The notes beneath the pieces are model-generated. The model did no database searches and had not been told where the DNA came from. It saw only the letters and a program-made list of their open reading frames with translations. A stretch of DNA of 64,000 nucleotides from Chthonomonadales bacterium (GTDB lineage Bacteria; Armatimonadota; Chthonomonadetes; Chthonomonadales; CAJBBX01). Location: positions 128,001-192,000 of the forward strand of contig JBBIPC010000002.1 in the NCBI GenBank assembly GCA_037443035.1, in the 5' to 3' direction. Shown here piece by piece: positions 1-9,631 of this stretch; within the stretch, counting starts at the first letter, position 1; the number at the start of each line of letters is the position of its first letter. The translations under genes were made by a program, and so were the position numbers.

Positions 1-1183
1 CGAACGCAGCGGCAGGAGGGCACCACGTTTCGAATCGCACGTGATTCAGCCCATATTGTTTCGCCTTCGTAAAGAACTTCCGCCAGGCCGCAGCAGACGT
101 TGGCGGGTATCCGGAACGTGGGAATACCGCCCGATCCACTGCACCTCTCAGAAGAACGGGGAAGTCGTTCAGGAGGAACCGGCCGTTCTCAGCTCTGAAA
201 GACCGGAGAGCCGTAGGCGTTTCGCAGCTGTGGACCCACGTGGTCCGGCCATCGGTTGCTTCGAGATCCGTTCGGATGGTGTAGACCTCAGGATCTTCTG
301 TACTCCAAGAACGCGCATTAGCGCCAAGCGGTAAGGTGCATGTCACCCAAGCGAAGCCCTGTCCGACATTGCCTGCTGTCCGCGTAACAACCGCAGCCAT
401 CGAGGATCGAGGAGCGTTCGCCGTATGCAGGAGCTTCACGGACACCCGCCTGCCCGTGAGGTTGCCTATGCGCGTCCGCACGGTGATGCTCTTGCTGGGA
501 ACGCTTGGGAGATTCTGGACTTCCTCGATCCAGACCCTTGCCGTGCCGTGCAGTTCTATCCGACCGACGATGCCGTTCCAGTTCGTCTGCGTTTCCTCGG
601 ATACAGCATTGCATAGCTCCCCGAGGTCGAGCTCGAGCCTGTTGTCTACCCGGATCGTGAGCCGATGCGTGCCGGGGGTGGCCATGTTGGTCAGGTCGTA
701 GACGTGAGGAGACGATAGGCTGTTCTGGGAGCCCACAGAGCGTCCGTCCAGCCAAACTCTCGTCTCCCAGTGACAACGCTCCAGGAACAGGGTGACGCGG
801 CGTCGGCGCCATGCGTAGGGCACCGCAATATCGCGCTGGTACCATGCTGGGCCGACGTAGGGAAACACGCGGGAGCGCAGGCTGCGGACCGGCATACTGG
901 GGCTGCCCATGCCGTAGCGACCCGTGTCTGTGCTACCGGGAAGTCTGATACGATCCGGCAAGCGTGTCTGCCACACCCTGTCGGCAACTCCGCGGTCTTG
1001 TGCGTCTAGCAGGAAACGCCACTCGCCAGCGAGATCTAATACCCGGCCAGTGGTAGCCGGCGACACTGGCTGCCCAGCAGCGGAACGCCCTCCGGCGACC
1101 GCAAGGATCATGACCGCCAAGCACAGGTACATCCATGGCCACGTCAACCCCGCGATCCGATCTGGCCTCGTGGCGCGGCACAT
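1..1183 (-). CDS. Glycoside hydrolase family 2 protein, N-terminal part (runs off the left edge)
   Basis: Not in the ORF track because it has no stop in the window. Manual translation of both ends in one frame: signal-like MYLCLAVMILAVAGG, then LDLAGEWRF...LPGS...YVGPAWYQRDI...LFLERCHWETRVWLDG (GH2 sugar-binding domain), and FLLNDFPVLLRG...FPRSGYPP...YGLNHVRFETWCPPAAAF (start of the GH2 barrel). In-frame starts at 1222 (GTG), 1183 and 1132 (ATG). Confidence 0.85.
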   Translation of the reverse strand, partial: MCRATRPDRIAGLTWPWMYLCLAVMILAVAGGRSAAGQPVSPATTGRVLDLAGEWRFLLDAQDRGVADRVWQTRLPDRIRLPGSTDTGRYGMGSPSMPVRSLRSRVFPYVGPAWYQRDIAVPYAWRRRRVTLFLERCHWETRVWLDGRSVGSQNSLSSPHVYDLTNMATPGTHRLTIRVDNRLELDLGELCNAVSEETQTNWNGIVGRIELHGTARVWIEEVQNLPSVPSKSITVRTRIGNLTGRRVSVKLLHTANAPRSSMAAVVTRTAGNVGQGFAWVTCTLPLGANARSWSTEDPEVYTIRTDLEATDGRTTWVHSCETPTALRSFRAENGRFLLNDFPVLLRGAVDRAVFPRSGYPPTSAAAWRKFFTKAKQYGLNHVRFETWCPPAAAF

Positions 1184-1224
1184 CGCAACGACAGTTGCCC
1201 TCAACCCGTATCCGGAGGTCACTC

Positions 1225-2427
1225 CTATCGCCGCGGCGCCCTCGGTGCCGGAAACTCGGCAGCCCTGATGTTGCGGAAGCTCAGGTTCGTCGTGGGATCA
1301 TGTCCCTGAATGCTGATCACTCCTGGTTCCGTCCTGGCTCCACGACGGGCGTTGGTCTGGTCAAGGGGACGGGTATCCGTAAAGTCCGTTACCTGATAGC
1401 CGTTGACCCATGTGGCCATGTGCGTTCCCCGGGCCACGAGCGTCAGAGTGAACCATTCCCGATCGGTGGACACGACCTTGCGGGCAGGTTGCCGGTTGTA
1501 GATTCCACCTGTGCCGAAGTCCACAGGATCGGCGCGGTTCTCCCCATTCCACTGATTGCGAATCTGCACCTCGTATCCGCTCCAGAAGCCCCCAGGGTTC
1601 GCCCGGAAGAAGATGCCACTGTTCAGGTGATCTCCATGCGAGATGGCATCCATCTGGAGGACGAAATCGCCGAGGCTCTTCTCGGTTTGCAGATCCCCGC
1701 GGCCATTCCGTACATTGAGCCAACCTTCCTTCGTTACGGAGTAGGTCGCCTGGGTTCCCTCGACCACCTTCCAACCGGAGAGATCCTTGCCATTGAAGAG
1801 AGGCTGTAAGCCGAGCGGTTGCAGCTTGATTTTCCTGAAGCGCATCGTGCCTGACCCGCCGTAGACTAGAGCTATGCAACCGGCGTTCAAGGCTTCGTGG
1901 GTGAGCCGCGCGGCCGGCCGGCCATCCACTCTGACCCGGATCTGCCTTCCCTCGCAGCGCACCTCCATGGCGGTCCAGTGGCCAGCAGTGGCACCGCGGT
2001 ACTCGCTCTTCACCTGACCGGCGATAGAACCCGTGGGCCAGAGCGGATGACCATCGCTGATCTTGACCATATAGCTGTTGGTATCGGTGACGGGTCCTGC
2101 AGCGGGTGCTCTGACGGCGACGCCACCGTTCGCGTCCTCGTCTGCCCAGAACTCAAGCGTGAGCGTGAAGTTCGCGAACTGGGAGGTCGTTACCAGTGCA
2201 CCGACACCACCGCTGGAGACTTGCAGAACATCGCCTGCCACCCCCCACTTGGCATCGCCTTGCGTCGCCCACCCGAAACTCGTCTCTCCATCGAACAGAG
2301 CGATCCATCCTTGGTTGATCTCCTCAGGTCTGAGGATGCGCGGCTGAGCCGGCTGCGCGTTCGACGCAATAGCAATGTACGCGGCGATAACCATCGTCAC
2401 GAACACGTGAGACCCTGAAGCCCTCAT
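1225..2427 (-). CDS. Exported protein with two DUF1080 (3-keto-disaccharide hydrolase-like) domains
   Basis: Signal peptide; two repeats beginning WIALFDGETSFGW and LFNGKDLSGW, with NSGIFFR, YEVQI, TGGIY and ISIQGHD...FRNIR motifs. Confidence 0.9.
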   Translation of the reverse strand: MRASGSHVFVTMVIAAYIAIASNAQPAQPRILRPEEINQGWIALFDGETSFGWATQGDAKWGVAGDVLQVSSGGVGALVTTSQFANFTLTLEFWADEDANGGVAVRAPAAGPVTDTNSYMVKISDGHPLWPTGSIAGQVKSEYRGATAGHWTAMEVRCEGRQIRVRVDGRPAARLTHEALNAGCIALVYGGSGTMRFRKIKLQPLGLQPLFNGKDLSGWKVVEGTQATYSVTKEGWLNVRNGRGDLQTEKSLGDFVLQMDAISHGDHLNSGIFFRANPGGFWSGYEVQIRNQWNGENRADPVDFGTGGIYNRQPARKVVSTDREWFTLTLVARGTHMATWVNGYQVTDFTDTRPLDQTNARRGARTEPGVISIQGHDPTTNLSFRNIRAAEFPAPRAPRR

Positions 2428-2572
2428 GACAAACCCTCCTGCACGATCGCACGAACCTTTCGGCGCCAGTCACCTCGCTCCTGCTCCATCTGCCGGACGA
2501 TGCATTTCCGCAGGACTTCGGCGCTTCCGCACCGAATCAACACGCGAAATATCGTCGCCAAGGAGTGATTCT

Positions 2573-5500
2573 GTGCGCCCCCTCATTGTCCAGCCATTGT
2601 GGATACCACCGGCCGCTGCGGTCTGGTTCCTGGTGGCCACGCTCGCATTCCCTACCAGTGCCGACGCCAAGGAGAGTCCGACGATGCAAGGACGACCGCC
2701 CGAACTCCTCTACAAAGGGGAGCTTGTCGCTTTCCCCGGACCCTGGGCCTTCCAGATCGGACGTGCCCATATCATACTCGTCAGCGACCAAGAGCTGAGG
2801 GACTTGTCGGACCCCGATAAGGTCCTCGACCTATCGCTCACCTTCGACAAGCACACCGCAAGCTTGCGCCAGATCTGTGAACGCGCTCAGGCTGCGGGCC
2901 AACGTACCCTGATCCTGGCGTTCGACCATTTCTTCAGCCAGTACCGTCCTGGGCAGCACAAACCGCGCGAGCTCACGCCGGACATGGACGAGTATATCCA
3001 GCGAATCGCTGCCATCAGCAAGTTCGCTCAGCAATACGGCCTGGGGCTCGAACTAAGTCTGCTGAGTCCCTTGGAGATAGGACCGGCATACTCCAGAGAG
3101 ACGGGCGAAAGTGGCGTCTGGATGCACTATCGCAAGGGAGTGCGCGACCCTGCCACAGGCGCATTCAGCGTCCAGCTCTGGCGCCAGCGCCAATGGGCCC
3201 ATAACAAGGGGGTTGTTGCCATCGAGGACGCCGGGGTGCGCGTTTTCGCGTTCCGAGAACAAGCCGTAAGCGGTACTCCTTACCGCGTTGTGCCTCCTGC
3301 GAGCCTGGTAGAGATAACGGACGTGGCCCAGGTAGAGGCCATGGATGACGCCGCGGCAGACCGTCCCATGAACCGCATCCGCGTCTTCGGAAGGGGGAAG
3401 ACGGATATCGGCCCCCTGAATCGGGTCCTCGTTGTACAGCAGTACAAGACACCCGAGATGGATTACTTCAGCCCTAGGGCGCTTCCGTATCTGAAGTCTC
3501 TCGTGGACAAGTATGCCAGGGCTGGAGTGAAGCTCCATGGTCTCTATGCCGACGAGATGCACATCCAACAGGACTGGAACTACTTCGGTCATCACGAGAA
3601 CGGCGAGTTCGCCATGCGCTACGTCAGTCCTGGTCTGGCCCAACGCTATGCCGAGCTGTACGGCGCCGAGTACGCCGATTTCGCGCGCTACATGATCTAC
3701 TTCGCCTACGGACAGGAGGACTGGTCATCGGACGTCAACGCGAAGGAGCATGTCATGCACGTGTTCGGACCATCGCCGGAGGACATTCGCCGAACCGCTC
3801 TGTTCCGAGCACGGTATTACCGGCTCTTGCAGGACACCGTGACAGACCTCTTCACTTCGGCCAAGCACCACGCTGAGCAGGCGATGGGCCACCGCCTGGA
3901 GTCCCGGGCCCACGCGACATGGGCCGAAAGCCCCACCATCGATCGTTGGCGCACCGGCCGGGAGAACATGTTCCGGCACTCCTACGAGTACACGAGCAAC
4001 TTCGTCTGGTCCAACACCGTCCATCAGGCTGCGTCCGCGTGCTATGACTACTTCAAGTGGGGCGACTTCCTCACGGGTAACGGCAACGACCACGCCGAAG
4101 GGGGCTGGCTGGACCGCAACTACTACGCCATGGCCCTTGCCTGTTCCACGGGCATTCTGAATGAAGTCCCCTACTCGTACGCTGCACACTGGGGCATGCC
4201 TGATGCTATCTCCCATCGGCGCACTGCCCTCCAGACCGTCTTCGGCGCCGCCGGTTCGCCGCTCTACGGCCTTGTGCAGGACATGCAGCACCGTGACGTG
4301 GACGTTCTCATGCTCTATCCCATGGATCTCGTAGCTGTCGAGGAACGATTCGGGAGCTGGATGACCCAGTATGGCTACGCCAACTTCATCTCCCAGGACA
4401 AGCTCGTGGAGATGGGCAAGGTGGTCAACGGAGCCATCGAGGTCGGAGGACGTCGCTTCAGCACGATTGTCGCTACGTTCGAGCCGTTTCCCACGGAACG
4501 GACGCTCGCGATTCTGCGTGAGATGCTGGCCCAGGGCGGTCGCGTGATCTGGTCCGGACCGCCACCGGTCTTGAGTCGAGAGGGGAAGTCCGTACTGACT
4601 ACGTGGTGCGATATGTTCGGTGTGGACTACGCTCCAGGTCCGGAGGAGGGGTTCATGGCCCCTGGCCGAATCATCCAATTCACCGGCTCGCTCGCCAGCG
4701 TCTCTCCCCAGACGGTGCTCACGGACTTCCTGGTGGACCACATCTATCCCGTAACTCCACGCGAGAAGACAGAGATCGTGGCGACTACCCCAGCCGGCGT
4801 CGTGGGCACCGTGAGAACGGCACCCAACGGAGGACGAGCTGTGTTTCTGGGGTTCAGACCTCGTGACGACCAATCGAAGAGCTTGGGCTACGAAGTCGCT
4901 ACGTGGTTCGAGATACTGAACGCATTTGGAGCGTACAGCCCATCCGGGAAGTTCGCCGGTATCAACGATAACACGGAGTACCTCTCCCGCACGACTCCCT
5001 ACCTGTTCAGCCGTTTCCCGAATGGCGCTGTATCGGTGGCGCCTCACTTCCGAGACGTCGCAGAGGACTGGGAAGGCGGCTTCGCGCGCAATCGCGAGCG
5101 GGATGCCGAGGCCATGAAGCGGATCACGCTACCATCAGATGAGATCCACCTGAAAGATCAGCGTGTGAACGGTCATCGGGTGACCTTCGATGGAACGTGG
5201 GCTATGGCGTTCCGCTTGGGCAGACGATCTTCTCCATCTGGGGCCGAGGAACCATACCTGGAAGCATTCGCGGGTAGCGGGTGCAAGGGCATCACTGTAG
5301 ATGGTGTAGAGTACGTCTTCGCGGAACAGCCGGTTGGGCAGGTAGCCTGGGCGCCGGTTCAACGGGAGCGACGGGTGCCGGGAGGCGCCGTCCTGCAGAT
5401 CATGCTCTACGGTTCCGGCAAGCTGCGGATCCCAATCTCAACTAGGGCCAGGACCGTCAAGCTCTATGCCGAGGGGCCTAAGCCCGGTTCGAAAGGCGCG

Positions 5501-5590
5501 GAGGTACCCGCCCAGCTCCAAGACGGCACGCTGGTATTCGAGGTGATGCCTCAGTTCTCGGGTCGCTGGCTCTATGCTGTGGAGCTCTAG
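2573..5590 (+). CDS. Large exported putative glycoside hydrolase (GH106-like architecture, uncharacterised)
   Basis: Long ORF. AGGAG at 2561-2565 precedes an in-frame GTG at 2573, followed by a signal-like AAAVWFLVATLAFPTSADA. Contains YADEMH and a C-terminal DVLMLYP...GGRVIWSG segment like trimerisation/GATase-fold domains of glycosidases. Family uncertain. Confidence 0.55.
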   Translation: MRPLIVQPLWIPPAAAVWFLVATLAFPTSADAKESPTMQGRPPELLYKGELVAFPGPWAFQIGRAHIILVSDQELRDLSDPDKVLDLSLTFDKHTASLRQICERAQAAGQRTLILAFDHFFSQYRPGQHKPRELTPDMDEYIQRIAAISKFAQQYGLGLELSLLSPLEIGPAYSRETGESGVWMHYRKGVRDPATGAFSVQLWRQRQWAHNKGVVAIEDAGVRVFAFREQAVSGTPYRVVPPASLVEITDVAQVEAMDDAAADRPMNRIRVFGRGKTDIGPLNRVLVVQQYKTPEMDYFSPRALPYLKSLVDKYARAGVKLHGLYADEMHIQQDWNYFGHHENGEFAMRYVSPGLAQRYAELYGAEYADFARYMIYFAYGQEDWSSDVNAKEHVMHVFGPSPEDIRRTALFRARYYRLLQDTVTDLFTSAKHHAEQAMGHRLESRAHATWAESPTIDRWRTGRENMFRHSYEYTSNFVWSNTVHQAASACYDYFKWGDFLTGNGNDHAEGGWLDRNYYAMALACSTGILNEVPYSYAAHWGMPDAISHRRTALQTVFGAAGSPLYGLVQDMQHRDVDVLMLYPMDLVAVEERFGSWMTQYGYANFISQDKLVEMGKVVNGAIEVGGRRFSTIVATFEPFPTERTLAILREMLAQGGRVIWSGPPPVLSREGKSVLTTWCDMFGVDYAPGPEEGFMAPGRIIQFTGSLASVSPQTVLTDFLVDHIYPVTPREKTEIVATTPAGVVGTVRTAPNGGRAVFLGFRPRDDQSKSLGYEVATWFEILNAFGAYSPSGKFAGINDNTEYLSRTTPYLFSRFPNGAVSVAPHFRDVAEDWEGGFARNRERDAEAMKRITLPSDEIHLKDQRVNGHRVTFDGTWAMAFRLGRRSSPSGAEEPYLEAFAGSGCKGITVDGVEYVFAEQPVGQVAWAPVQRERRVPGGAVLQIMLYGSGKLRIPISTRARTVKLYAEGPKPGSKGAEVPAQLQDGTLVFEVMPQFSGRWLYAVEL

Positions 5591-5626
5591 GCCCTAAGCG
5601 CGGTTTGCCCTAAGTAGGCGATTCTC

Positions 5627-5648
5627 GGGGGCACGGTGGAGTGCCCCC
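5627..5648. terminator. Hairpin between convergent genes (possible bidirectional terminator)
   Basis: GGGGGCAC-GGTGGA-GTGCCCCC, a perfect 8-bp stem between stops at 5590 and 5662; no clear U-tract. Confidence 0.5.
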
Positions 5649-5661
5649 TCTCACCATGAGG

Positions 5662-5946
5662 CTACTGGAGGTTCTTCGGCGTGGCATTGACCCACTGGTT
5701 GGGTGTCGTCGCCGGGTCTTGCTCGCCAACCCAACGGCAGTACACGGCCTCCACATTGCCGTTGCTCCATGCGCGGTAGAGGTACTTCTGATCCAAGGCG
5801 ATGGCAACGACGTGCGGAGGTGATCCCTGGGACCCCTGGGCCATAGCTGGCGGCGAAAACGTCCTGACGAGGTCAACGGCCAAATGGACAGCCAGAAGAA
5901 CGGCTATCAGGGCAAGAAGCGGTCTCAATGCACGGTCGGTCTGCAT
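5662..5946 (-). CDS. Small exported or membrane hypothetical protein
   Basis: GAAGGGAG RBS before ATG at 5946; hydrophobic N-terminus LLALIAVLLAVHLAV...PPAMAQ. Confidence 0.65.
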   Translation of the reverse strand: MQTDRALRPLLALIAVLLAVHLAVDLVRTFSPPAMAQGSQGSPPHVVAIALDQKYLYRAWSNGNVEAVYCRWVGEQDPATTPNQWVNATPKNLQ

Positions 5947-6045
5947 AGCATTCTCCCTTCGGTCGGGCGACCCATTCCACCTGACCATTCTATTCGACCC
6001 ATCCTCTGACGGACACGTGCGTTGGGCAAAGAGCGCACGCAGCTT

Positions 6046-6708
6046 CTAGGCGACCTCGTCCGCTGCCCCATCACGTACCGTCCTACCGATGTACCTGTCC
6101 AGCTCGGCTTTCTCTTGGCGGGTCAGGTGCCTTCCTCCGCCGAGCTGCCGTACCATGAGCGTCAGCCTCGCCGCTTCCTCCAATAGCTCCATGCGGACGA
6201 AAGCCTGCAGCAAGCTCGCGCCAGTCGTGACCGCGCCGTGGTTCTCCAGCAGAACGCACGTGCTTTCCGCCACGGCATTGGCAACAGCTTCGGCCAGATC
6301 CACCGACCCTGAACGCATGTAGGAAACCCTCACCGGAGGATCCACGAGCGCATACGTTTCGCAGGCCAGATCCAGCTCGATGGGCACCTGCGCGGTTGCG
6401 AATGCACTGACGCACGTGGGATGGGCATGGATGACAGCGCGCACCTGCGGGTAGGTCGTGTAGACGAGCTGGTGCATGACCATCTCGGAGCTGGGGGCAA
6501 TCTCGGGCGTCAGATTCTGCCCCTGCGTCGTAAGTACCGCCACATGCCGAGCGTGCATGGTCGCCTTGTCGTACGCACCAGGCGTGATGACGAATACGTC
6601 TTCCTCGCATCGCAGGGAAACGTTGCCGCCCGAGGTGGTCGTCAGGTGTCGTGCATAAAGCCTACGGAGCGTGGACGCTACGCAGCGCCGCTCGTACTCG
6701 TATTCCAT
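6046..6708 (-). CDS. Class II aldolase/adducin family protein
   Basis: TSGGNVS, PSSEMVMH, AVIHAHP and LLENHGAV motifs. Confidence 0.92.
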   Translation of the reverse strand: MEYEYERRCVASTLRRLYARHLTTTSGGNVSLRCEEDVFVITPGAYDKATMHARHVAVLTTQGQNLTPEIAPSSEMVMHQLVYTTYPQVRAVIHAHPTCVSAFATAQVPIELDLACETYALVDPPVRVSYMRSGSVDLAEAVANAVAESTCVLLENHGAVTTGASLLQAFVRMELLEEAARLTLMVRQLGGGRHLTRQEKAELDRYIGRTVRDGAADEVA

Positions 6709-6816
6709 AACGCTCTCCGTACGAACTTCACCATCACGAGCGACGACGCGTGCCTCCCCCGAGAGCGACCCTCACGCGACCGCGCTAGACTTGTGTCCGT
6801 GCGAGTTGTCGTAGCC

Positions 6817-7425
6817 TCAGGACTTGCGAGGCTTGGCAGGCTTCGCAGGTGTCGGGCCTGGCACGATGTGCATCGAAACGATACGATCGCCCACACGTAT
6901 CGTTCGGACGACATCCATCCCCTTGACGACTTTGCCGAAAACGCAGTAGTCACCATCGAGCTGATGGTTCGACTCGAGATTGATGAACCACTGACTGTCG
7001 CCCGTATCCGACCGGGGCGCTGAGAGTGCCATGGCTATGGTGCCGGGTACATGGGTCAGACTGTTCGTCTCGAATGGGATGGTCTTGCCAGATCCGCCAG
7101 CGCCGATGGCCAGCTCCCGTTTCTTCTGTTCGCTCATCGTTGCCAGCTCTCTGGGCTTCAGGGTCTTCGTCTTCGGATCTCCGGCCTGGACAACGAAGCC
7201 CGGCTCCACACGATGGACCAGTATCCCGTCATAGAATTTCCGTTTGCACAGCGCCAAGAGATGCTGCACAGTCTTCGGAGCCTCGCGCGGATACAGATGC
7301 AGGAGGACCTTCCCACGTCCCTCTACAACTAGTTCCACCTTGACGACCTGAGGCTGCGCCTGAAGCGCCCCGCCAGCTCCTGCCAGCAGCAGGAAAACGA
7401 ACCCGATCCGCCATAGCTTGTGCAC
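6817..7425 (-). CDS. Cyclophilin-type peptidyl-prolyl isomerase with signal peptide
   Basis: APKTV, FYDGILVHRVEPGFVVQAGDP, GTIAMA, SQWFIN, LDGDYCVFGKV. Confidence 0.93.
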   Translation of the reverse strand: MHKLWRIGFVFLLLAGAGGALQAQPQVVKVELVVEGRGKVLLHLYPREAPKTVQHLLALCKRKFYDGILVHRVEPGFVVQAGDPKTKTLKPRELATMSEQKKRELAIGAGGSGKTIPFETNSLTHVPGTIAMALSAPRSDTGDSQWFINLESNHQLDGDYCVFGKVVKGMDVVRTIRVGDRIVSMHIVPGPTPAKPAKPRKS

Positions 7426-7426
7426 G

Positions 7427-8128
7427 TCACTTCTCCTTGACCGAGACGATTGGATCTCCCTGAGCTACCTTGTCCACGACCTCCATCCCCTGGATGACCT
7501 TGCCGAAAACGCAGTAGTCACCGTTGAGACCAACGTTGTCTTTCAGGTTGATGAAGAACTGGCTATCACCCGTGGCAGAGCGTGGCGCATTCAGGGCCAT
7601 CGCCACTGAACCCCGAATGTGTGCCAAGTCGTTGTTCTCGAACGGGATGGGATTGCCGGACCCTCCGCTCCCGATGCCCAGGGCGACCTTCTGCTGCTCA
7701 CTCATGCCTGCCACTTCCTGCACGCTCATCTGCCGCGTCTCGGGATCACCTGCCTGGATGACAAAGTCCGGCACGACGCGGTGAAACTTGATGTCGTTAT
7801 AGAATCCCTTGCGAGCGAGATCGAGGAAGTGCCTCACAGTCTGCGGTGCCGCCTTGGGATAAAGCTCCATCACGATGTCGCCCTTGCCCCCTACCGTCAT
7901 GGTTACGGTTACCACGCCTTCTCTGGGAGGGTTGAAGGTCCGCTTCGCGTTGCGTTCTCTGGCACGCTGTTCCTCGTCCGCCTTCTTCCAGGCCGCCATC
8001 TGTTCCGCTTCCTTGGCCTTGGCAGCATCCTCTTGGGGAGCTGGAGAGAGACGTTTGCTGTCCTGTATGAGGATGGACACTACCAGAGCGATAATGGCTA
8101 TACCCAGGACGGCAAGAACCGATCGCAT
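7427..8128 (-). CDS. Cyclophilin-type peptidyl-prolyl isomerase with N-terminal membrane anchor
   Basis: Hydrophobic N-terminus; APQTV, FHRVVPDFVIQAGDP, GSVAMA, SQFFIN, YCVFGKV. Confidence 0.93.
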   Translation of the reverse strand: MRSVLAVLGIAIIALVVSILIQDSKRLSPAPQEDAAKAKEAEQMAAWKKADEEQRARERNAKRTFNPPREGVVTVTMTVGGKGDIVMELYPKAAPQTVRHFLDLARKGFYNDIKFHRVVPDFVIQAGDPETRQMSVQEVAGMSEQQKVALGIGSGGSGNPIPFENNDLAHIRGSVAMALNAPRSATGDSQFFINLKDNVGLNGDYCVFGKVIQGMEVVDKVAQGDPIVSVKEK

Positions 8129-8366
8129 GCTGACCTCCTGCTGAAGTGATCATCATGTGGACCGCGCCGCGGCACCGCGGCATTCCACATACCGATAGCC
8201 TAGCGCGGCGACGGCCCGTCCGTCACGGACGCCACTGACCGCACCGAACTTCGCTGCATTCGTGCGCCGGCTACTCCTATTACGCAGAAAATGATCGTCT
8301 CAGTGGCATTCTACCTAAGCCCATGGGGACTGTCAACGCGCGTCAGCGGTGCGACTCTTCCCGTTG

Positions 8367-8375
8367 TGCTACAAT
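8367..8375 (+). promoter_or_regulatory. Extended -10 promoter element upstream of hisF
   Basis: TG-C-TACAAT about 60 nt before the hisF ATG; no convincing -35. Confidence 0.45.
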
Positions 8376-8434
8376 GCGCCTCGTTCCTGGGTTCGCCCCC
8401 ACCTGCGGGAGCTGCTCCGGATCTCTACCGCAAG

Positions 8435-9205
8435 ATGCTAGCCCGACGTGTCATACCGTGTTTGGACGTTCGCGCCGGTCGCGTCGTCAAGGGGGTCAAC
8501 TTCGTAGGCCTCCGTGACGCTGGCGATCCGGTGGAGCTCGCCAAGCGCTACGACTACATGGGAGCCGACGAACTCGTGTTCCTCGATATCACCGCCAGCC
8601 ATGAGGACCGAGACATCATCTACAGTGTCGTAGAACAAGTGGCCCGTCACGTGTTCATCCCTTTCACCGTGGGCGGGGGCATTCGGACGACGGACGATAT
8701 TCGAAGGCTCCTAGGTGCGGGCGCTGACAAGGTGAGCCTCAACACAGCACCCGTGCTCCGACCCGACCTAGTCGCAGAGGCTGCGGAGATGTTCGGCAGT
8801 CAGTGCATTGTTGTCGCCATTGACCCGAAGCGCATCGGTACGAACGCTGATGGTAGCCCGATCTGGGAGGTCTACACGCACGGCGGCAGACGTCCGAGTG
8901 GTCTCGAAGCTGTGGCATGGGCGAAGCGGGTGGAGCAGCTCGGCGCGGGAGAGATCCTCTTGACGAGCATGGATCGGGATGGTACGCAGATCGGCTATGA
9001 CATTCCGCTGACGCGGGCTGTAGCCGAGGCCGTTGGCGTACCGGTCATTGCCTCAGGAGGAGCAGGTACCCCGCAGCATTGCCTGGAGGCCATCACCGAG
9101 GGGCGAGCCGATGCTGTGCTGGTCGCCTCCATCGTCCACGACGACAAGTACAGCATCGCTGATATCAAGCGCTATCTGGCGCAGCATGGAGTGTGCACGC
9201 GGTGA
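8435..9205 (+). CDS. hisF: Imidazole glycerol phosphate synthase cyclase subunit
   Basis: [12 protein letters not shown]...[50 protein letters not shown]; start moved to ATG 8435. Confidence 0.97.
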   Translation: MLARRVIPCLDVRAGRVVKGVNFVGLRDAGDPVELAKRYDYMGADELVFLDITASHEDRDIIYSVVEQVARHVFIPFTVGGGIRTTDDIRRLLGAGADKVSLNTAPVLRPDLVAEAAEMFGSQCIVVAIDPKRIGTNADGSPIWEVYTHGGRRPSGLEAVAWAKRVEQLGAGEILLTSMDRDGTQIGYDIPLTRAVAEAVGVPVIASGGAGTPQHCLEAITEGRADAVLVASIVHDDKYSIADIKRYLAQHGVCTR

Positions 9206-9594
9206 GTTCTGCGGAGTTTGCGACAAGTCTGAAATACGATTCACAGGGGCTGATACCCGCCGTGGTCCAGGACGCTGCCAATCATCAGGTTCTCATGGTC
9301 GCCTACATGAACGAAGCCGCCGTGGTGCGGACGCTGGAGACCCGACGTGTGACGTACTGGAGTCGATCACGGAAGGCATTCTGGGTAAAGGGAGAGACTT
9401 CGGGCAACACACAGACCCTTGTCGAGGCTCGCGTCGACTGCGACCTGGACTGCCTGCTCCTGTTCGTCGAACAAGAGGGTGAGGCCTGCCATGAGGGATA
9501 CCGTTCGTGCTTCTACCGTCGCGTCAATGACGCGGGCGGTCTGGATGTCATCGAAGAGCGTCTGCGCCTTCCTCAAGAGATCTACCGGTCCTGA
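9202..9594 (+). CDS. hisI: Phosphoribosyl-AMP cyclohydrolase
   Basis: [44 protein letters not shown] overlaps the hisF stop (GTGA). Confidence 0.95.
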   Translation: MSSAEFATSLKYDSQGLIPAVVQDAANHQVLMVAYMNEAAVVRTLETRRVTYWSRSRKAFWVKGETSGNTQTLVEARVDCDLDCLLLFVEQEGEACHEGYRSCFYRRVNDAGGLDVIEERLRLPQEIYRS

Positions 9595-9631
9595 GTTCGG
9601 CTCTGTCAGGTCCCGTCCACGGCGGGTTCCT

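Noticed and set aside
41..1268. Short ORFs listed in the track at the window start
   Set aside because: They overlap the - strand GH2 frame, which has clear family motifs
2426..2572. ORF-track start at 2426 for the large glycosidase-like gene
   Set aside because: It overlaps the divergent gene's start and leaves no promoter space; GTG 2573 has an RBS and gives a signal peptide
3725..5047. Long antisense ORFs (this one, also 19817-21160, 37891-38856, 44796-45782 and similar)
   Set aside because: Shadow frames of real genes, expected in high-GC DNA; no motifs
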